Shown: piece by piece, positions 27,035 to 34,589 of the stretch
Position numbering within the stretch: the first letter of the stretch is position 1
How the letters are laid out: each line of letters begins with the position of its first letter
IMG/VR virus record: IMGVR_UViG_3300000969_000002
Coordinates: 1-45,901 of that record
Length of the DNA: 45,901 bases
Source of the DNA: a virus
Direction: 5' to 3' (one strand)
Notes under the pieces: model-generated
What the model saw: the letters and a program-made list of their open reading frames with translations, nothing else
What the model was told of the DNA's origin: nothing
Databases searched by the model: none
Made by a program: the position numbers and the translations under genes

Positions 27035-27468
27035 TATCTGCATCAGAAAAAGCACAAGTTATAGCTCAAATTAAACGTAACAAACCATTATCAATAATTG
27101 CTGAAGATCATGAACTACCTATTAAAGTGGTCGAAGAATGGGCTAATGAATGTAGTAAAAATCCAAACGATCTAATAGCTATCCATAGCAACATTGAAGC
27201 CGTAAAGGACGTAACAAGTGGTAAAGTTCTAGAAATTGATGAAGACTTACTAGAAGATATACTGATTGAAACAGCCATGGATGTAGCTAAGCATGTTTCT
27301 ATACCAGCTCAACAAGGTGACCCTTATGCTGCTAAAGCCGTTAAAGAATGTGCAGATGCTGTTTCTAAGCTTTATAGTACATTTGTTCTTAAAAATGGTT
27401 CCGGCTTACCTTCGGATGCAGGAACCCAAAATGGTCTTGCTATGTTTACTGCTACTATGAAAGACTAA
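27031..27468 (+). CDS. terS: terminase small subunit candidate (145 aa)
   Basis: Directly upstream of TerL; N-terminal HTH-like segment AQVIAQIKRNKPLSIIAEDHELPIKVVEEWA. Confidence 0.45.
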   Translation: MISASEKAQVIAQIKRNKPLSIIAEDHELPIKVVEEWANECSKNPNDLIAIHSNIEAVKDVTSGKVLEIDEDLLEDILIETAMDVAKHVSIPAQQGDPYAAKAVKECADAVSKLYSTFVLKNGSGLPSDAGTQNGLAMFTATMKD

Positions 27469-27470
27469 TT

Positions 27471-29117
27471 ATGAGTAAACCACGTTTCAATATTACTCGT
27501 GAAGAATTCCGTGAAATATACAAGGGCTTACCTATATTAGCTCATGAAGACTTGTTCTTTACTTTACCTAAAGATGTAGGTCATTTAATGACTGAATACT
27601 TCCCAAGTAAGTTATGGCGCCTAAATAACATCTACACTATTATTGATAAGTGGGGCCAAAAGTCGATATTTACGATGAATAGAGCGCAGCACATAGTTTA
27701 TGCAACTTCTATGCGACACCCACGGTTGCTTGTGTTAAAATCTCGTCAGCAAGGTATCTCAACACTATGGCTTATCTCCTACTTTGATGATTGCTTCACA
27801 CTACCAGACCTCAGCATCGGTTTGATGGCGCAAGGTCAAGATGAAGCTACTACACTACTTGAAAGAACAAAGTTATTATGGGATGAGCTTCACCCAGATT
27901 TTAAGAACTATCTAGGTCGTGTCGTCGTCGCTGATAATGCTAAATTATTCAAATTAAATAACGATAGTAAAATATTTGTTAGAACTTCCTTCCGGTCAAC
28001 AACTTTGCAGCGGTTACACGTCTCAGAGATGGGTAAGATCGCTAATAACTACCCTGAGAAAGCCCGTGAGGTTAAAACGGGTACACTACAAGCCTTAGCT
28101 AAGGGTAATACTGGGGTCATAGAGAGTACAGCGGAGGGTGATAACTTATTTAAGGATATGTGGGATAATGCAGTCTTGCATATAGGTAAGATGGCGTCTA
28201 AGGACTTTATGCCAGTATTCCTATCATGGGTTGACGATCCAGACTGTGTTGAAGAAGTAGACCAACCTATAGATAACAAAACAGCTAAGTATTTCGCCGC
28301 CATTGAAGAAGAACTAGGCCAACCATTAACTCAGCAGCAGAAAAACTTCTGGATTGTGCAATATCGTGAGCTAAGTGATAGAGTGTACCAAGAATACCCT
28401 GCAACGGCCACTGAAGCATTCATGGCAACACGCCAAGGTGCTTACTACGCCGAACTCTACATGAGACATGTCGTAGCTAATAAGCGTGAGAAGAATAACC
28501 TTTACGATCCCAACCTCCCAGTACAATGCGCTGTGGATTTAGGTATGAACGATACTAACTCACTAACTATAGGTCAAAACTATAGGTCAGAAAAGCGCAT
28601 CATTGACGAGTTTGCAGACAACGGCCAGAAAATCTCATATTATACGGATTGGATGAAACAACAACCATGGTTTAGCAATCTAGTACATGTTATCCTACCT
28701 CATGACGCCGAGGTCACGAGTATGAATGACGGCAAGACACGTGAGGATATATTTAGAGAAGAACTATATGACCCTGAGCGTGATGTACAGATAAAAATAA
28801 CAGTGCTTGAAAGAACATCAAATGTTAATGCTGACATAGAACATGTCCGCGTCGCTATCCACAACCTATGGATTGACAAGAAGTGTGAGTATCTACGGAA
28901 GTGCATTTTAGGTTATAAGAAAGAGTGGGATGAGAGACGAGAGCGCTGGCGTGACAAACCAGACCATACAGGTGATGAAAGTCATGGTGCAGACTCCATT
29001 AGATACTATGTTTTAGGTAGCGATGATAGTGACCAAACTATTAGAGAAACCTTATCATCAACTAAGCAACGAGGTTCAAATGGTCGACGCAAGCAAAATA
29101 CAGGATTTGCTATTTAA
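27471..29117 (+). CDS. terL: terminase large subunit
   Basis: 548 aa. Deviant Walker A LKSRQQGISTL, Walker B-like RLHVSEMGK, and a C-terminal RNase H-like nuclease region (AVDLGMNDTNS, ILPHDAE, HGADSIRY). Confidence 0.85.
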   Translation: MSKPRFNITREEFREIYKGLPILAHEDLFFTLPKDVGHLMTEYFPSKLWRLNNIYTIIDKWGQKSIFTMNRAQHIVYATSMRHPRLLVLKSRQQGISTLWLISYFDDCFTLPDLSIGLMAQGQDEATTLLERTKLLWDELHPDFKNYLGRVVVADNAKLFKLNNDSKIFVRTSFRSTTLQRLHVSEMGKIANNYPEKAREVKTGTLQALAKGNTGVIESTAEGDNLFKDMWDNAVLHIGKMASKDFMPVFLSWVDDPDCVEEVDQPIDNKTAKYFAAIEEELGQPLTQQQKNFWIVQYRELSDRVYQEYPATATEAFMATRQGAYYAELYMRHVVANKREKNNLYDPNLPVQCAVDLGMNDTNSLTIGQNYRSEKRIIDEFADNGQKISYYTDWMKQQPWFSNLVHVILPHDAEVTSMNDGKTREDIFREELYDPERDVQIKITVLERTSNVNADIEHVRVAIHNLWIDKKCEYLRKCILGYKKEWDERRERWRDKPDHTGDESHGADSIRYYVLGSDDSDQTIRETLSSTKQRGSNGRRKQNTGFAI

Positions 29118-29310
29118 TCCCACAGATGAACCTGAGATAAGGTCATTTTTTATTGACTTCTTTGATCCTCCAATGCATATAATGCCTTTACATGACTATA
29201 GGGAGCACGAAACATCAAAAGAGTGTTGGTGTAATCCGACAGTTGATGAGGACGAAAACTTAGTGACACATAACTCTTTAGATGGCCGAGAATATGCGGA
29301 ATATCAGTAA
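29080..29310 (+). CDS. small His/Cys-motif protein (76 aa)
   Basis: ATG 29080 has GAGG 5 nt upstream and overlaps the TerL 3' end by 38 nt. Motif HDYREHETSKECWCNPT...LVTHNSLDGRE. Confidence 0.5.
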   Translation: MVDASKIQDLLFNPTDEPEIRSFFIDFFDPPMHIMPLHDYREHETSKECWCNPTVDEDENLVTHNSLDGREYAEYQ

Positions 29311-30213
29311 TTATTAAATACTACAGATTTATTAAATTTAATAATACTTTTATTTCGGCGAATAATCCAAACCCAGCCATACATGCGAGTGCCCGCGGCC
29401 AGACTGGCCCCACCCCCTGCTACATTCTGTAATTATGGTAATACTATTTTAATTTTATTTTCTATAATAGTATTACATAGCACCGAAGTTTTAATCTAAT
29501 GTTATGGTGCATGCATTATGTATAACTAAAGGTGGATTGTCATAGTAATAATTATGTATAACCTCTGTAGTATATCTTATTATGTTAAGCTTTTATATTT
29601 ATAGTATATTATAATAATTATTAATTAAGTTAAAAGTCTTAAAAATTAATATATTCATATCCTACAGAAAATAAAGTACTAATTTATTATGGAAATACAT
29701 TATGTAAAGAGCCAACACTGTGCGCATCGCTGCTGGGTTAACCGGAACCGCTAATTAATTAATCAAAACCCCTATTTATTTTATAATCATTTATATTATA
29801 AATTATTATAAACCTCTACGGTTTTGATGCCTACTGGCAAATATTGTCCTACTGCAACTGTTGCTAACTGACAACCATTTCTTTTTATCTTATAGCCCTT
29901 TAGTACTCGGAGACATGATCAAAATGCATGGCTAAAGTGCTCTAAACTCAGCTCAAAATCAGGCCCATAAAAGCTCAAAAAAGTAAAGCCTTTTTTATAT
30001 TTATTTACCACAACCACTAACCATAATACTGTAATAATACTTCAGTCCATAGGACCACTCTAAAGGCTATAAAACCATTTTTGTGAGTAATCATAAGCCA
30101 ACTTAAACCATCGCTCTAGGTGCTCCAAATGACCAAATAGAGAGTATTCCCATTTAAGACCGCTCTCTTAGTTTGAACAAGGGGATTTACTAACAAACTA
30201 TGGTAATAAAATT

Positions 30214-30275
30214 GAAATAATATTTCGCAAATAATTGCATTTTTTAGTTTACTTTTAATATTGGCATGCTATAAT
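30214..30275 (+). promoter_or_regulatory. early promoter P1: UP-like element + TTTACT-16-TGcTATAAT
   Basis: GAAATAATATTTC at 30214-30226; -35 TTTACT at 30248-30253; extended -10 TGcTATAAT at 30267-30275. First rightward promoter after the ORF-free region. Confidence 0.65.
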
Positions 30276-30329
30276 TAATAATAATTGAGATTAACCATTA
30301 ATTAAAATAAAATCATAAGGAATATTAAA

Positions 30330-30464
30330 ATGACTAAAGAAACAGAATTAAGGCATTTAAAATCAGATATTAAAGAATTATTAAATAACGTTAGAACTGA
30401 TGACGTTAAAGAATTAGAATTGATAGTTGAAAAGCTTGAAAAAATCTCTTATTATAACGATTAA
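30330..30464 (+). CDS. hypothetical early protein (44 aa)
   Basis: Not in the track. ATG 30330 has TAAGGA 8 nt upstream; helical, charged sequence. Confidence 0.45.
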   Translation: MTKETELRHLKSDIKELLNNVRTDDVKELELIVEKLEKISYYND

Positions 30465-30594
30465 TAATTTATTTTTCTTAATAGCATTATACTCTGATGC
30501 TATTATGTGAAGTAAACAATACTTCTAATATAATACTATGTAAAAGTAGTATTATATATATATAAAACAAATATACATTAAAAGGAATAAGCGA

Positions 30595-30810
30595 ATGTCA
30601 TATACAAATGACCTTATTAAAATAACTTATTATGATTATAATCGATATCATGTGCTTGATATAATAAATGAATTAAAAGATACGTATGAATTAGAAGTGA
30701 TTAAAGTTGATTTAAATTCATTTATATTTTTGTCTAGTGAATATGATACGGTTAAAGAAGAATTGTCTTATATGGACATGAAATTTGAAACTAAATTAAT
30801 TAATATATAA
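30595..30810 (+). CDS. hypothetical early protein (71 aa)
   Basis: ORF track; AAGGA upstream. Confidence 0.6.
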   Translation: MSYTNDLIKITYYDYNRYHVLDIINELKDTYELEVIKVDLNSFIFLSSEYDTVKEELSYMDMKFETKLINI

Positions 30811-30823
30811 TAGGAGGCTTAAT

Positions 30824-30988
30824 ATGACAATTACTGCATTTGCATTATTATTATTTAAAGGTTTTATTCAATTCATGGTTATGGCAATGATTGCATCATT
30901 AGCTATTGAGGCTGGTGATAAAGAAAAAAGGCAATTATATAGAGATAGATATAATAAATTAAAGGAGGCTATTAAAGATGTTCGATAG
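30824..30988 (+). CDS. small membrane protein (54 aa)
   Basis: Not in the track. AGGAGG lies 5 nt upstream of ATG 30824. ITAFALLLFKGFIQFMVMAMIASLAI is hydrophobic. Confidence 0.55.
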   Translation: MTITAFALLLFKGFIQFMVMAMIASLAIEAGDKEKRQLYRDRYNKLKEAIKDVR

Positions 30989-31340
30989 GCTCTCATATAC
31001 ATTTTGGAAAGTAAGTGACACTATATTCATAATAAAGAAAGGAAATAACTATGAAAAACCTACTCACAAAGGCATTAATATATGCAATGGCCTCAACTGG
31101 CTGGAGGCTTCCCCATCATATACAGAGCTTTCAGACTTTGAACGGCGATGCAAACGAATATCTGCGCTTCCAGACAATATCGAGGAATTTGTAGACCATT
31201 ATAATAATGACACATTTAATCATATTAAAGGGTGTACAATCAGTATGAATTATGGTATAATGAAAGCTGGTTTCTATTGCTCTTATATAAATAGCAGGCC
31301 AATCCATAAACCAAACTTAGTTATAGCAGGAGGAGCATAA
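30978..31340 (+). CDS. hypothetical early protein (120 aa)
   Basis: ORF track; AGGAGG 9 nt upstream of ATG 30978. Confidence 0.6.
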   Translation: MFDRLSYTFWKVSDTIFIIKKGNNYEKPTHKGINICNGLNWLEASPSYTELSDFERRCKRISALPDNIEEFVDHYNNDTFNHIKGCTISMNYGIMKAGFYCSYINSRPIHKPNLVIAGGA

Positions 31341-31341
31341 T

Positions 31342-31503
31342 ATGGAAACGTATACATTCAAATGCAGTTACTTAGATGACTTATATATTTCGACAGTCGC
31401 AAAAGATGAAGAGGACGCATTATATAAAGTTGCCAACAGGTTAAATGATGTTACAGCAGTCCGTTTACTAAAATCAGATTTTAAATTAGTTAAAGGAAAG
31501 TAA
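31342..31503 (+). CDS. hypothetical early protein (53 aa)
   Basis: Not in the track. AGGAGGAG upstream of ATG 31342. Confidence 0.5.
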   Translation: METYTFKCSYLDDLYISTVAKDEEDALYKVANRLNDVTAVRLLKSDFKLVKGK

Positions 31504-31504
31504 T

Positions 31505-31666
31505 ATGGCTAATCAGCATAGAATTATACTAGATGGTGATGAATTATTAGATTTAATTGAGACTATTAACTTTACTATCGAGAAGAGTGCTAATGAGTAT
31601 ACCACTGAAAGACTACAAATCATTAAAAATAAACTAACACAAAGAGGATTACATAATGTTACATGA
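31505..31666 (+). CDS. hypothetical early protein (53 aa)
   Basis: Not in the track. The ATG lies 2 nt after the upstream TAA, with AAGGAAAG upstream. Confidence 0.5.
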   Translation: MANQHRIILDGDELLDLIETINFTIEKSANEYTTERLQIIKNKLTQRGLHNVT

Positions 31667-31742
31667 AAATCAAATTACGGAAATAGAACCAGACACAATC
31701 GATGATGTGAATACAATATTATATGTTCATACAAATACATAA
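31656..31742 (+). CDS. very small ORF (28 aa)
   Basis: GAGG 8 nt upstream of ATG 31656; overlaps the upstream gene end. Weak support. Confidence 0.25.
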   Translation: MLHENQITEIEPDTIDDVNTILYVHTNT

Positions 31743-31756
31743 AATAATGTAAAAAA

Positions 31757-31808
31757 GAAATAATATTTCAAAAATAACTGTTTACTTTTTAAAATAATGT
31801 GATATAAT
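31757..31808 (+). promoter_or_regulatory. promoter P2: UP-like element + TTTACT-16-TGaTATAAT
   Basis: GAAATAATATTTC at 31757-31769; -35 at 31781-31786; extended -10 at 31800-31808. Precedes the 171-aa gene with a ~130-nt leader. Confidence 0.7.
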
Positions 31809-31940
31809 ACTTAAATAATCGAAACACACGATGGCAATATAAATTGTGTGTCTGTAGAAATTGAGCAAAGCTGCACTGATGAGAACGCTCTTAACCATGA
31901 GCACGTAAGTGTTCTAATTTAAATATAAAGGACTAATAAA

Positions 31941-32456
31941 ATGGCTGTTAAAAAAGCATATCAAGAAATCGTAACATTCTTACAAGAAAATGAAGGTGTT
32001 AAGGTAAATAAAATCTTACCACAAGTTATCGAAATGGCAAGCGCTAAGCGTGGCGGTGGTTCAACTTCTGATGCTGTATTGAAAGATGCAAATGGGAATG
32101 TTGTTGCAATCCAAGATTACTACTTCAAGCGCTATATGCCAATTGTTGGCGATAATGCCGTTGAGTTTGGTGCGAAAAAGAATTCTCCTACTGGACTAAG
32201 TAATATGTCTAAGTTAGGTACTTCTTTGTACACAAAACAACAACGTGTTGCCAAACAAGAAGGCGCTAACCTATTGACACGTGTTGCAGCTGGTGAAGTT
32301 GCTCCTACTGATATCGAAGCAGAACAAGCAAAGATTGAAGAAGCACGCATGGCAATTCAAGAAACAGACTTAGGTTTTGCGACAAAAGACGAAGTGATTG
32401 CTCATCTTGCAACACAAGGCGTTGAAGCGCTTGACCCAACTGCTTCAGCCGAGTAA
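31941..32456 (+). CDS. abundant-type early protein of unknown function (171 aa)
   Basis: ORF track; AAGGA upstream. Has its own strong promoter and a long hairpin/terminator. Visibly higher GC and codon choice typical of highly expressed genes, compared with the neighbouring early genes. Confidence 0.8.
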   Translation: MAVKKAYQEIVTFLQENEGVKVNKILPQVIEMASAKRGGGSTSDAVLKDANGNVVAIQDYYFKRYMPIVGDNAVEFGAKKNSPTGLSNMSKLGTSLYTKQQRVAKQEGANLLTRVAAGEVAPTDIEAEQAKIEEARMAIQETDLGFATKDEVIAHLATQGVEALDPTASAE

Positions 32457-32479
32457 TATATACTAGTTATACTCGACTT

Positions 32480-32575
32480 GGGAGGCGTTTGTATTCCCCT
32501 TGATATCATGGTGGTGTAATGAGCCACGTTTATGGAACATGATATATTAGAACAAACGCCTCCCTAAATTTTTTT
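32480..32575 (+). terminator. 85-nt compound hairpin + T7 run (terminator and/or RNA processing site)
   Basis: 13-bp perfect outer stem gggaggcgtttgt (32480-92) / acaaacgcctccc (32552-64). Inner 8-bp stem atatcatg / catgatat and an apical gtgg/ccac stem. TTTTTTT at 32569-32575, 4 nt after the stem. Confidence 0.6.
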
Positions 32576-32596
32576 ACTTAGATAAAGGAAATTATC

Positions 32597-32827
32597 ATGA
32601 ATATGACAAGAAAGAATACATTAACAGATGTTATAGGTGGATTAAATAATTTAGATGTTAATTCATTCCATTCAAAATCAAGTGGTACGACAAAATATGC
32701 AGGCGCAATATCTCAAGCAGAACGTACTAAACGCACAGCGCATAAAAAGAATGTTAAGAAGATGCAACGTGCAGAACGGTTAAAACGTACGGCAAAAGGC
32801 CGAAAGAAACTCGCTGCAATTAATTAA
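32597..32827 (+). CDS. small highly basic protein (76 aa)
   Basis: ORF track; AAGGA upstream; Lys/Arg-rich C-terminal half (KRTAHKKNVKKMQRAERLKRTAKGRKK). Confidence 0.6.
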   Translation: MNMTRKNTLTDVIGGLNNLDVNSFHSKSSGTTKYAGAISQAERTKRTAHKKNVKKMQRAERLKRTAKGRKKLAAIN

Positions 32828-32844
32828 CATAATATCATAATTTT

Positions 32845-32945
32845 ATTACGGTCCATAGGAGCTCCGTGAGGCCTCCAATATTTTGGCTTATGATTATATA
32901 CAAAAATCAAAACAAGCCTCATACGGATGAGATATGGATCGTAAT
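32845..32945 (+). other. ~100-nt imperfect RNA hairpin (candidate RNase III-type processing site or structured RNA)
   Basis: Outer 13-bp stem attacggtccata (32845-57) / tatggatcgtaat (32933-45) with one G-U pair that only works in the + sense. Inner stems ccgt/acgg and gaggc/gcctc with an internal loop and a ~43-nt apical region. Confidence 0.45.
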
Positions 32946-33025
32946 ATTATTACATTTTTAAGAGTAACACATCAAAATCACTTACTGACAGTATTAATTA
33001 ACATAATATTGAAATAAAATAATTG

Positions 33026-33054
33026 TTTACAAATATAAAAATATAGCGTATAAT
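33026..33054 (+). promoter_or_regulatory. promoter P4: TTTACA-17-TATAAT with a truncated UP-like element
   Basis: -35 at 33026-33031 and -10 at 33049-33054; upstream GAAATAAAATAATTG at 33011-33025. Confidence 0.6.
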
Positions 33055-33082
33055 CTTATTCTTTACATAATTGGAGATCCAA

Positions 33083-33265
33083 ATGCCAGCATACATTTCA
33101 TTTACTATAGGTGCATTGTTTGTGATATTTACTATCATACTTGATTACAATACACCACTTAAAGTCGATATATTCAAAACTATACCGATTCCTTATTTAA
33201 TCTTATCTTACTTTATATACTTAATACCTTGTATGGTTACGTATAAGCTTTTGTGGAAAGACTGA
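33083..33265 (+). CDS. small membrane protein (60 aa)
   Basis: ATG 33083 has GGAG 6 nt upstream (the track starts at TTG 33071). Two hydrophobic segments. Confidence 0.6.
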   Translation: MPAYISFTIGALFVIFTIILDYNTPLKVDIFKTIPIPYLILSYFIYLIPCMVTYKLLWKD

Positions 33266-33269
33266 CACT

Positions 33270-33587
33270 ATGGCGAGACCGATGATATTAATTCCAAAAT
33301 TACTACTGGAGGAGATATACGAGCGCTATCAAGCTGGCGTCCCCACGACTGTATTAAGGCGTAAGAACCAATTAACTATGTCCAGACCTACTCTTGCAAA
33401 GCTCTTAGCTATACGTGAGAAAATGGATAAAATACAAGATACTGAGACACACAATAAAATCGAAGCGTCAATATATCCAGAATGGTTATATAATATAAAG
33501 ATGGAAATTAAACAACCCATGGGCTGGCGTTACCGTGGACAATTCCCATTAGGTGAGTGGGAAGAATATGATTGGAGCGAAGAATGA
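33270..33587 (+). CDS. hypothetical protein (105 aa), possible HTH
   Basis: ORF track; segment LTMSRPTLAKLLAI. Confidence 0.6.
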   Translation: MARPMILIPKLLLEEIYERYQAGVPTTVLRRKNQLTMSRPTLAKLLAIREKMDKIQDTETHNKIEASIYPEWLYNIKMEIKQPMGWRYRGQFPLGEWEEYDWSEE

Positions 33588-33832
33588 AGAACCTAAAGAC
33601 GTATAAAGTTGTAGTAACTAAGTGGGTACCTACAGATGTTGAAATGGAAATTGAATGTGAAAACGCTACATGGGCGAAGACATTAGCTAAGGCTCAAGCG
33701 CATAGAAAATCAAAACTAAATCCGGGTGATAAATTAGAACGTGCTCACGGTACTATAAAAGTAATTAAAGTTAAAGAATATGCACGCTCAACTAAAATGA
33801 CGTTATTAAGATTAGTGAGGATTAAGAAATGA
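33584..33832 (+). CDS. hypothetical protein (82 aa)
   Basis: ATGA overlap with the upstream stop (the track starts at TTG 33572). Confidence 0.55.
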   Translation: MKNLKTYKVVVTKWVPTDVEMEIECENATWAKTLAKAQAHRKSKLNPGDKLERAHGTIKVIKVKEYARSTKMTLLRLVRIKK

Positions 33833-34026
33833 AATATTATAAAGACCTTGCTTATCATGAGCAACAAAAAGTGTTAGACAACCTACAAGAGCTACCTTTG
33901 TTTAAAGTATTCCGCAATAACGCACATAATATGCTTATGACATCAGTATTACACATGTTTGATGATAAGTTAGGTCTTCATACATTAGCGGAACCAGTGC
34001 AGAAAGTGGCAAAAAACAAATCATGA
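33829..34026 (+). CDS. hypothetical protein (65 aa)
   Basis: ORF track; ATGA overlap with the upstream gene. Confidence 0.55.
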   Translation: MKYYKDLAYHEQQKVLDNLQELPLFKVFRNNAHNMLMTSVLHMFDDKLGLHTLAEPVQKVAKNKS

Positions 34027-34589
34027 ATATATTCTTAACTACTCCATACACTAGTTGTGCTAAAGATTTATGCGACCTACGCCTTAATAAAATGATATTA
34101 GAAACGGCTCAACTGTTATCAACTGCATATAGGCACTTATTTGGTGATTTAGACGATTTGTATAAAGTAACTCATGTCAATCATCCTTGCTCTATATGGG
34201 CGCGTAAAAATGTAAACAACTATGCATGGCTGTATGAGTACTGGTATTTACTAGTACAAGAACGTCAAAAACGTTTTAATAAGTCTCACCTTAGTTATGA
34301 CAAATTAAAGTTCTTATTACTACCTCCAGAAGCAACAATAATAATTTATAATAACGAACCTATAACATTTGATTTTAATTGTTCTAATATACATCCAAGC
34401 ACAAATGTGTATATGGACTACCGTAAATGCCTTATACAAAAATGGTTAACAGATAAGCGCGAACCTAAATGGACTAATTCAAGCAAGCCTGAATGGCTTA
34501 CAGAAGATATTACAGCGCAGCGTACAGCACTATCTACGCTATCTGACTTTAGTAAACAAGTATACATTAGAAAGTTATTATTTACATGA
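34023..34589 (+). CDS. conserved hypothetical protein (188 aa)
   Basis: The N-terminal ...LCDLRLNKMILETAQLLSTA...HVNHPCSIWAR pattern is recalled from a widespread phage/bacterial family of unknown function; no function asserted. Confidence 0.65.
   Translation: MNIFLTTPYTSCAKDLCDLRLNKMILETAQLLSTAYRHLFGDLDDLYKVTHVNHPCSIWARKNVNNYAWLYEYWYLLVQERQKRFNKSHLSYDKLKFLLLPPEATIIIYNNEPITFDFNCSNIHPSTNVYMDYRKCLIQKWLTDKREPKWTNSSKPEWLTEDITAQRTALSTLSDFSKQVYIRKLLFT

Noticed and set aside
29073-29080. tRNA T-loop-like GGTTCAAA, and a general search for tRNA genes in the ORF-free region.
   Set aside because: The motif lies inside the TerL coding sequence with no acceptor or anticodon stems. No cloverleaf could be built anywhere in 29311-30329 or the other intergenic gaps.
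29310-29356. AT-only hairpin (attattaaat / atttaataat) + T-rich tail, considered as a terminator of the packaging operon.
   Set aside because: A 10-bp stem made only of A-T pairs with a 16-nt loop is too weak to call without experimental 3'-end data.
29421-29822. Possible CRISPR-like or mini-array structure in the AT-rich repeat block.
   Set aside because: The repeats are short (10-20 nt), irregularly spaced and degenerate. There is no regular repeat-spacer periodicity.
30214-30226. GAAATA-A-TATTTC read as a repressor operator.
   Set aside because: The 13-mer plus the following A-rich block matches the UP-element consensus and sits at about -57 to -36, so alpha-CTD contact is the simpler explanation. 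It is kept as an alternative in the promoter finding.
30050-32860. Shared 10-mer GTCCATAGGA (30050-30059 and 32851-32860) and the inverted 12-mer TAATCATAAGCC (30088-30099) / GGCTTATGATTA (32885-32896), considered as a dispersed repeat family.
   Set aside because: Exact 10-12-mer matches are expected many times by chance in a 46-kb AT-rich genome, and the similarity decays immediately outside the core.
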